From an uncultured Acidimicrobiales bacterium (GTDB taxonomy: Bacteria > Actinomycetota > Acidimicrobiia > Acidimicrobiales > CAVXTF01): 64,000 nt of DNA. The notes beneath the pieces are model-generated. The model saw only the letters and a program-made list of their open reading frames with translations. It was not told where the DNA came from and ran no database searches. A program made the position numbers and the translations under genes. Location: NCBI GenBank assembly GCA_963701375.1, contig CAVOZT010000003.1, positions 293,640 through 357,639 on the forward strand, given 5' to 3'. Shown in pieces: positions 57,570 through 64,000 of the stretch; the stretch's first letter is position 1; each line of letters opens with the position of its first letter.

Positions 57570-58127
57570 GTGGGAAACGGCAGCGGATTCGGCTCCTGGG
57601 GCCACTTGTCGGGTCGCTTCTTTGCCGCCCTCGTACCCCTTGGTCCGGCGAGAGCGGACGAATCCTGGGCGTTGGAGCAACTCCTCAGCGGCGAGCAAGC
57701 CCTTTGGCGGCGAATGTCGCGGCCTGACCGCCGCCACGCCGTGAGAGTCGCGAGGGACTCGGTCCGTGCTCTCGGTTCCGACCGCGCTCCTCGGGAAGTC
57801 GTCGCTGCGGCACTTCTTCACGATGTCGGGAAGGTCGAGTCATCGTTCGGGACCTTCGCCCGGGCGGGAGTTACTTTTGCAGCCATAGCTCTAGGCCGGT
57901 CCCGCCTCTTGAGTTGGGCCGGTGCCGCATCGGGAAACGGCCGCCCGTCGCGCCGGGCTCGAGTCGGGCTCTACCTGACTCACGACAGTCTGGGTGCCGA
58001 GCTACTCGAGGACGCGGGAAGCAAGCCACTGACGGTGTCGTGGGCGGCGGAACATCATTTGGCCCCAGAGCTCTGGACCGTCGACGCCAGCATCGGCGCG
58101 GCCCTCAAGGCCGCTGACGGGGACTGA
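57570..58127 (+). CDS. HD-domain protein
   Basis: 185 aa. Contains HAVRVA ... AALLHDVGK. Confidence 0.7.
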   Translation: MGNGSGFGSWGHLSGRFFAALVPLGPARADESWALEQLLSGEQALWRRMSRPDRRHAVRVARDSVRALGSDRAPREVVAAALLHDVGKVESSFGTFARAGVTFAAIALGRSRLLSWAGAASGNGRPSRRARVGLYLTHDSLGAELLEDAGSKPLTVSWAAEHHLAPELWTVDASIGAALKAADGD

Positions 58128-58151
58128 CAACAAGCACGGGCCGTTCTGGAC

Positions 58152-58194
58152 CTGATCCCTTGATGCCGGCATTCGATCGGCATCAAGGGATCAG
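58152..58194. terminator. bidirectional hairpin between convergent genes
   Basis: ctgatcccttgatgccg-gcattcgat-cggcatcaagggatcag forms a perfect 17-bp stem with a 9-nt loop. Confidence 0.6.
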
Positions 58195-58202
58195 CCCTTA
58201 CG

Positions 58203-59705
58203 TCACGTGAGCGAGAAGGTGCTCTTCGGCTTGCGCTTGGTGGTGACGCCCTTGGCGACGATCGAGTGGCTGCCCAGTGCGCCGGCGCTCGATCCAGATG
58301 GGATGTGGCCCGAGCAGGAGTAGGAGCCTGACGCCGAGGCAGTCGTCGAGCAGATCAACACCGATGCGGGCGACGCAAGACCTGTCTTGTACGAGATCTT
58401 GACCGTCTCGCCCACAAGGAACCCACCACCGGAAACCGTCACAGCCGCCCCGCGTAGCCCTGAGGTCGGAGAGATGCTGACGGAGTCCTCGCTCTGGATG
58501 CACGAGTAGGAAGGTGCCGCCGCGAAGTCCTGGTTGCTGAACTCCGTTTGGATGAAGTAGTGGTGCCCGTTGATGGTCTGGTTGTACTTGGCGCCGGCCG
58601 TGCCTTGGAAGGAGTTGCTGTCGCCGTAGACGTAGGCACAGTCATCACCGATCTCGTTGCCTGCGGCATCCCACCACGCCGTGCCTTGCGGATCGGTGAT
58701 CGTCTCGCTTGTTTCGTGACTCGTGATGCTTATCTCGGTGTCGGCTTGGATGTTTCCGTTGGGAGACTGGTTGCCTCCGCTGTTCGAGGCTCCGTCAGAG
58801 GCGCAAGTGAAACCAGCGGGCGTGTCTACGAAGGCGTAGTTCATGTCCGCGTACAACGGATTCCCTGCAAAAGAGTGGTATCCACAGAACCCGCCCGAAG
58901 TGCCTGAAGAAGGATTCACGCTGCACGCGCCTCCTTGTGCACCATCGTTGCTGGTGAAGCAGGTCTCTACGCCCTCAGGCAGGAAGAACATGTACAGGTG
59001 CGCAAGATCCTTGGACAGGCTGTGCGCCGTCGTGTAGGCGCTCGCTTCGCTCCCCAGCTGTGCGTCCGTGATGCACTTGGTGTACGTGTTGTTGGAGCCA
59101 CTCGACCAGATGACTCCGGGGTCGGGCGTACAGCCGTTTGTCGGGTAGGGGTCGGTGTCCGTGATCGGCGCCCCAGCGTGGAGCAGGTAGCTGATGTGCA
59201 CGCCTCCTGAGTTCGTGTACTGCGTGAGTGTGGAGAACACGTTGGAGGTCTTGCCGTTGTCGGTAGAGGAGTCCGTGATGAACTGGTTGATCAGCGTTTC
59301 GTAGCCCGCGGGGATGCTGTAGATGCTGCCACTCGGTACCCAGTAGACGGGCGTGACCGTAAGCTCACCCGGCGTGGTCGTACCGGTGACGGGGCCGCCA
59401 TGGAACGTGAGAGGCGGAGAGCCGTTGTACGGAGGACTGGGGGGTGTACCCCCACCTGAACCCTGACTCCGAGCACACGCGGTGGGCGCTCCGGTCCGAC
59501 TCTTCGCCCAGACGATTCCGCCCGCGATCTTCGCGTAGCGCGACGATTGCGACGCGCAAGAGGCTGCCGCTACCCCCTTGCCCGCGCTCAAGGCACCTAC
59601 CTGGGCTCCGGCGTACGACGCCAGCCCGAGCGTGACTATTGAGACTGTCGTTGCAATTGTGACAAGCGCCAATAGACGGCCGAACCTTGGCCCATCGAGT
59701 CTCAT
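58203..59705 (-). CDS. secreted protein, possible PHI-1/EXORDIUM-like domain plus C-terminal IPT/TIG-like Ig domain
   Basis: Signal-like N-terminus. LTFHGGPVTGTTTPGELTVTPVYWVP ... LINQFITDS ... FSTLTQY ... LYMFFLPEGVETCF ... GGFCGYHSF follows the plant EXORDIUM pattern as I remember it. The C-terminus SISPTSGLRGAAVTVSGGGFLVGETVKISY is IPT-like. Confidence 0.5.
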   Translation of the reverse strand: MRLDGPRFGRLLALVTIATTVSIVTLGLASYAGAQVGALSAGKGVAAASCASQSSRYAKIAGGIVWAKSRTGAPTACARSQGSGGGTPPSPPYNGSPPLTFHGGPVTGTTTPGELTVTPVYWVPSGSIYSIPAGYETLINQFITDSSTDNGKTSNVFSTLTQYTNSGGVHISYLLHAGAPITDTDPYPTNGCTPDPGVIWSSGSNNTYTKCITDAQLGSEASAYTTAHSLSKDLAHLYMFFLPEGVETCFTSNDGAQGGACSVNPSSGTSGGFCGYHSFAGNPLYADMNYAFVDTPAGFTCASDGASNSGGNQSPNGNIQADTEISITSHETSETITDPQGTAWWDAAGNEIGDDCAYVYGDSNSFQGTAGAKYNQTINGHHYFIQTEFSNQDFAAAPSYSCIQSEDSVSISPTSGLRGAAVTVSGGGFLVGETVKISYKTGLASPASVLICSTTASASGSYSCSGHIPSGSSAGALGSHSIVAKGVTTKRKPKSTFSLT

Positions 59706-59884
59706 CGTTTCCTCCGCCTTGGTCTGAACGAATTGGGGTAGACGAGCGAACCTCGTCGCCCGGCTGGTCGGACATTACGACAATGATCCGCGAATGGAAA
59801 GGATCAAAATTGAGGGTTATCCCCGGGTGTGTGACGGCGCGGTCCTTATGGCACTTCGCGCTCCCGCAGAGGTATCCCGCGAGG

Positions 59885-61153
59885 CTAGGAAGGGGGCTGA
59901 CCAAGCGTGGCAGCGTGTGAAACGAGGAAGCTGTTCGGGGGATAGAGGTCGATTCCGTCCGGGACGTTGAGATAGCCCGGAGTCGCTCCAGGGACACCGG
60001 TGTGGCCGTACTGCCAAACAATCTTGTTGGTCCGCGGGTCCACGACGATCACCCTGTCGTTCCAATCGTCGTTGCACAGGATGTTCCCGTTCGGAAGCGG
60101 CAATGCGAGCGACGGATGGTTCAGCGAGTTCGCGCCCGTGGGATCGAAACGCCACAGGGCCCCGCCCGCGGAGTTGAAGATCACGATCTGGCCCGGTGAG
60201 GAGTAGTTGACCGTCAAGTATCGGTTAGGGCCGATCTCGTTCGTGTCAGACGGGTAGAGCACACCGGGCGGGTTGGTTGACCAGTACACCGTGCCGTTCA
60301 ACCCCATCTCGTCCACCCAGTCCCCGTTGATCTCGGTGACCAGCCAATGCCCGTTTCTCATCGGGAAGACTCCGTTCGGACTGCCGAACGTGGATGGTGG
60401 ATTGTGCGCGCAAGCGCCCACCTGTCCGAATTGCCGGGTGACCACGTGGCTTCCGGGTGCAATGAGAACGATTCGACAGTTCTTGATGTCAGCCGAGACG
60501 ACGTAGCCGTCGGGCAGAAGCATGGCGTCATCGGGGTTCCACAGCTGATTAGGGCCGGACCCGGGTACCCCGGGAGTGCCGTACCGCCAGACAATTCGTC
60601 TCGAGGCAATGTCGATGACACTTATGACAAAATTGTCCTCCTGTGTGGCGATGATCTCCTTGCCGTCAGGGGTGAAGAATGCATCGTCGGGTATCAAGAA
60701 TGTCTGCCCCGGCGCGAGCGAATTTGGTCCGGGGAATTGCCAACGGACCCGGCCCTGCGGGTCGATGATCAGGAGGCGGTCGTTCTCCTTGTCGGCGATC
60801 ATGATCGGCCCTGGCAGGACCGACGGGTCCGACCCGGGCTGTAGGTATCCGGGGCCCGAAGGGTCGGACAACAAGCTCGGCGATTGGTTGCGCGAATTGT
60901 CTTGCCGTGATGCTGTCGGGACGGTGCCGGTCGGCGCCGCATCGTTTGTCTGGTGCTTCGTCGGCCCGTGTGTCGACGGCGCGATGATCCAGATGAGAAC
61001 GGCAGCAAAGACGACGAGCACTACCATCAGCCGTCTCCGCCGGTAGGCGGCTTTCGTGGGTTGACGCCGTCGCGGTGCAGAAGGGTCGCTACTGCCGTCC
61101 GCTATCACCAGCGATCTTCTCGTTTCGAAATGGCGCGGTCGGCGCGGGACCAT
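59885..61153 (-). CDS. membrane-anchored beta-propeller repeat protein (hypothetical)
   Basis: 422 aa. TM segment LMVVLVVFAAVLIWIIA. Repeated units of type RIVWRYGTPGVPGSGPNQLWNPDDA / KIVWQYGHTGVPGATPGYLNVPDG. Confidence 0.55.
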   Translation of the reverse strand: MVPRRPRHFETRRSLVIADGSSDPSAPRRRQPTKAAYRRRRLMVVLVVFAAVLIWIIAPSTHGPTKHQTNDAAPTGTVPTASRQDNSRNQSPSLLSDPSGPGYLQPGSDPSVLPGPIMIADKENDRLLIIDPQGRVRWQFPGPNSLAPGQTFLIPDDAFFTPDGKEIIATQEDNFVISVIDIASRRIVWRYGTPGVPGSGPNQLWNPDDAMLLPDGYVVSADIKNCRIVLIAPGSHVVTRQFGQVGACAHNPPSTFGSPNGVFPMRNGHWLVTEINGDWVDEMGLNGTVYWSTNPPGVLYPSDTNEIGPNRYLTVNYSSPGQIVIFNSAGGALWRFDPTGANSLNHPSLALPLPNGNILCNDDWNDRVIVVDPRTNKIVWQYGHTGVPGATPGYLNVPDGIDLYPPNSFLVSHAATLGQPPS

Positions 61154-61196
61154 CGCATCGTTTCACTGTACGTGCGCGTCATCTCTAGCTTGGTCA

Positions 61197-61955
61197 TCAC
61201 GACGGGATGCGTCGCCACAGCGCACGAGGCAGCATCCGCAGCGCAGCGAAGATCGGCCCTAGCGCAGCCGGTACCCACGCGACTGCCTCTCCGGTCTCGA
61301 GCGCGCGGATCGTCGCCTCCGCCACCGTCACTGCATCGACCGCGAACGGCGCGGGCTTCATTCCCCTCGTCATCTTCGTGCGCACGAATCCCGGCCGCAC
61401 CACCGTGACCTCGACCCCGGTTCCCTCGAGCGCATCTGCGAGACCGAGAGCGAACCCATCCAGCCCTGCCTTGGCTGACCCATAGACAAAGTTCGCTTTT
61501 CGGACGCGGACGCCTGCCACGGAGGAAAGGACGACGATCCGTCCCCATCCCTGAGCGCGCAGTACCTTCGCAAGTGCGAACGTAACTGCAGCAGGTCCGG
61601 TGAAATTGGTCGCGAGCAACGATGAGACGGTCACCGCGTCAAGCTCGTCTAGCGATGCAGTGCCGAGATCCCCCACCGTCACGAGCACCAGGTCGATCTC
61701 TCCGAGTCGAGCGAGTGCTTCGACGGCAAATCCGTCGTGGCCGATCACGTCCGTCACATCGAGTGAAGCCGATTCGGCCGTAACGCCGAGCACCCCGAGC
61801 TCATCGGCGAGAGCGTCGAGCGATTTGGCGCTGCGCCCTGCGACGATGACTCGCCGGAGCCTGCGCCCTGCCAGAAGGCGCAACGTCTCGCGGGCGATAT
61901 CGGAACTGCCCCCGATGACGACGGCCGTCTGGGGCATGCCGGTTGCATCGATCAT
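61197..61955 (-). CDS. dprE2: decaprenylphospho-beta-D-erythro-pentofuranosid-2-ulose 2-reductase (SDR)
   Basis: Contains PQTAVVIGGSSDIA, SSVAGVRVRKANFVYGSAKAGLDGF and VRPGFVRTKMT. It closely parallels mycobacterial DprE2 as I remember it. Confidence 0.9.
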   Translation of the reverse strand: MIDATGMPQTAVVIGGSSDIARETLRLLAGRRLRRVIVAGRSAKSLDALADELGVLGVTAESASLDVTDVIGHDGFAVEALARLGEIDLVLVTVGDLGTASLDELDAVTVSSLLATNFTGPAAVTFALAKVLRAQGWGRIVVLSSVAGVRVRKANFVYGSAKAGLDGFALGLADALEGTGVEVTVVRPGFVRTKMTRGMKPAPFAVDAVTVAEATIRALETGEAVAWVPAALGPIFAALRMLPRALWRRIPS

Positions 61956-63359
61956 GCGGCTCCTCCGGCGACCTCAAGATCGACACCGCTCAACCCCAGC
62001 CGGCGTCCCAGATCTGAGCTGAGGGCGCCTTCGGGATCGAGGCGATCTCGGATTGCCTTCCATTTGTCCAACCGCGGATACATCGAGCGGATCAGCTCCG
62101 GTCGGACGCGGCCGTCCTTCGAAAGGTAGATGCGACCCCCGGCTTCTGCCACAACGGAATCGAGGCCGTCCAAGACGTCGGCGAGACCGCTCGAGCCCAG
62201 GGGAACGTCGAGCGCCAGCGTCCAGCCTTCCTTAGGGAACGACAAGTGCCCCGATCCGGCAGGGCCGAAGCATTTGAGCACCGACAGAAAAGACGCGGCG
62301 CGAGCGGCACTTAGGCGCTCGAGAACGGTTCGAACGGCCGCCTCGGCACCAAAAGGCACGACGAATTTGGTATTGGGTAAAGCCCTTGGGACCATAGAGC
62401 ACGTTCCAACCTGCCAAGGCGTCAAGCGGATGAAAGAACGCGGCGAGCGGCTCAAGGCGACCAACGCGCCGGCGCGGAGCCTTCCGAAACCACATCTCGT
62501 TGAACGCAGCCAGGGAGAGCGGATTCAGTAGGGAGATGGGGGGCGCGATAGAGACGCTCAGGCGTTTTCGGGGGCGGTAAGCCAAAGGGTCGATCCGAGC
62601 AGGTCCCACAAGGTCGCTCACCTTCGCGTGATCGCCCCTGGTGAGCACGGCGCGGCCGAGCCGCGGACCTGAGGCCATGCCGTCGATCCACGCAACCGAA
62701 TACCGATAGCGCCCGCGCTCGTCGGCGAGCAGGGACATACAAGAATCGAGATCCTTGGCGCGCTCGGTGTCCACGAGCATCTGTGATGTCTCGATTGCAA
62801 GCAGCCGGAGCGTCGCTTCAGTGATGACGCCGGTGAGACCCATACCACCGCACGTTGCAGAGAATTCATCCTCGTTGCGACCAGGTCCACAGATCGTCGT
62901 TCCCATCGGGGACACCAACGTCAACTGCTCGATATACCCGGCGAGCGACCCGTTGACGTGATGGTTCTTTCCGTGGATGTCACTCGCGATAGCTCCACCG
63001 ATTGTCACGAAGCGAGTCCCAGGAGTCACCGGGAGAAAAAAGCCGTTGGGAACCAGCATCTTCAGGAGCACGTCGAACGACACACCCGCCTCTGCGCGCA
63101 GCTTTCCCGCCTCTTGATCGAATTCGAGGACGGCGTCGAGCTCGCTGCAGTCGATGACAACACCACCGCCGCACTGTGCGGCGTCGCCATAGGAGCGACC
63201 GAGACCACGTGCTATGCGGAAACCAGCAAGGCGCGCTGCTGCACGGCCTGAGACGAGCTCCTCGATCTCTGCTCGTGTTCTTGGTCGAATCACCGCGGCT
63301 GCCGTTGGAGCCGACCGACCCCAGCCCGTCAAGAGCTCGCGGTGGATAGGAGACCTCAC
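61952..63359 (-). pseudogene. dprE1: decaprenylphosphoryl-beta-D-ribose oxidase (FAD), frameshifted as assembled
   Basis: ORF 62232..63359 (GLGRSYGDAAQCGGGVVID ... LYGPKGFTQYQ) joins ORF 61952..62464 (FVVPFGAEAAV ... FLSVLKCFGPAG ... GGRIYLSKDGR). The span is 1408 nt, one too many. Confidence 0.9.
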
Positions 63360-64000
63360 GCGTAGATCCCACAGATGAGTAGCGCTACCCAGGCCACCCC
63401 CAAAAGCTGCAGCGCGTGGTCAGAGAGTACGAGCTCCTCGGGCTGGCCCCCACGGCCCCTGCTGAAGGCGAACTGCAAGACGAGGACGCCAAGAACGAAG
63501 GGGATGATCGACAGCTCGAACAAGATCAGATCCTCTGAACGGTCGCCAGGGCGCAAACCGGCGGCGCGCTCAAAAACCCACAGGCAATAGGTGGTGATGG
63601 TCACCAAGACCGCCAACGCCTGCACCCCCCTGAGAAAGGCGACCGGGTAGGCGCCGAGCACCTTTCTATGCGACCGTTGCCCCTCGCCGAGCATCGATTG
63701 CTCGGACGAGCGTTTGCCGGCCACGATGAGAAGGGCTCCGAAAGACGTCATTACGAGGAACCACGGTGAGATCACGACGTGAGCGGCAGCGCCACCGGCG
63801 ACCGCCCGCAATGTGAACCCCGATCCGACGCACACAAGTTCGACGACCGGAACGCGCTTAAGGCCGAATGAATAGGCGAGGCTGATCGTCAAATAGGCGA
63901 TGACAATCAGCGCCAGGGATACACCGATGAATGCGGCCGCGGCGACCGCTGCCGTCCCGAGGACGATCGCGGCGCTCGTGGCGGACGTGGGCGCCAGAGC
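63356..64000 (-). CDS. decaprenyl-phosphate phosphoribosyltransferase (UbiA family), 3' part; the gene continues beyond the window end
   Basis: The frame is open from 64000 (LAPTSATSAAIVLGTAAVAAAAFIGVSLALIVIAYLTISLAYSFGLKRVPVVEL...). It is polytopic and overlaps dprE1 by 4 nt. Confidence 0.85.
   Translation of the reverse strand, partial: ALAPTSATSAAIVLGTAAVAAAAFIGVSLALIVIAYLTISLAYSFGLKRVPVVELVCVGSGFTLRAVAGGAAAHVVISPWFLVMTSFGALLIVAGKRSSEQSMLGEGQRSHRKVLGAYPVAFLRGVQALAVLVTITTYCLWVFERAAGLRPGDRSEDLILFELSIIPFVLGVLVLQFAFSRGRGGQPEELVLSDHALQLLGVAWVALLICGIYA

Noticed and set aside
1-64000. CRISPR arrays, rRNA genes, and IS elements or prophage genes.
   Set aside because: I saw no regularly spaced direct repeats, no rRNA-like sequence, and no transposase, integrase or phage structural motifs in any frame of the ORF track or in my own reading.

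Overview
This is a high-GC Actinomycetota chromosomal segment, mostly core genes and mostly on the minus strand. It carries mycothiol-type redox genes (RsrA-like anti-sigma, DinB/MDMPI proteins) and the decaprenyl-phospho-arabinose genes dprE2-dprE1-ubiA.

Gene order from left to right:
- nadB (partial), then panD-panC and a DUF2520 gene.
- folK-folB, an odd phosphatase-like gene, folP and folE.
- hpt/tilS, a Zn-metalloprotease, and rsrA with a sigH-like sigma factor.
- A DrrAB-like ABC exporter with a divergent tetR.
- Secreted proteins: a BNR propeller and an S53 sedolisin.
- FkbM methyltransferase, a cluster of tiny stress/membrane genes (CsbD etc.) and a P450.
- A lower-GC accessory block: lysR, haloperoxidase-like hydrolase, DUF4331, muconolactone-isomerase-like protein, DUF3237, and a histidine kinase/response regulator pair.
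- tRNA-Thr(CGU), holB-tmk-topA, and the H+-pyrophosphatase.
- An APC permease fused to an OB-fold domain, next to a trkA pair.
- HAD-IB hydrolase, an RpoD-family sigma factor, nadE, glnE, and a GcvT-like protein.
- An uncharacterised three-gene module (circularly permuted ATP-grasp, alpha-E, transglutaminase).
- PAS-GGDEF-EAL protein, DedA, an HD protein, an EXORDIUM-like secreted protein, a membrane-anchored propeller, and dprE2-dprE1-ubiA (partial).

I saw no CRISPR array, transposase, integrase or rRNA.

Two points matter most:
1. At least ten single-base frameshifts, most of them at homopolymer runs, split otherwise recognisable genes, including the normally essential tilS and dprE1. This points to assembly error more than biology and must be resolved before any gene-level interpretation.
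2. The best candidates for poorly described biology are:
- the ATP-grasp/alpha-E/transglutaminase module, which has an unusual poly-Gln tail and a junction duplication;
- a Cys-less phosphatase-like gene inside the folate operon;
- the permease-OB fusion;
- the LysR-linked DUF cluster;
- a bacterial EXORDIUM-like secreted protein.
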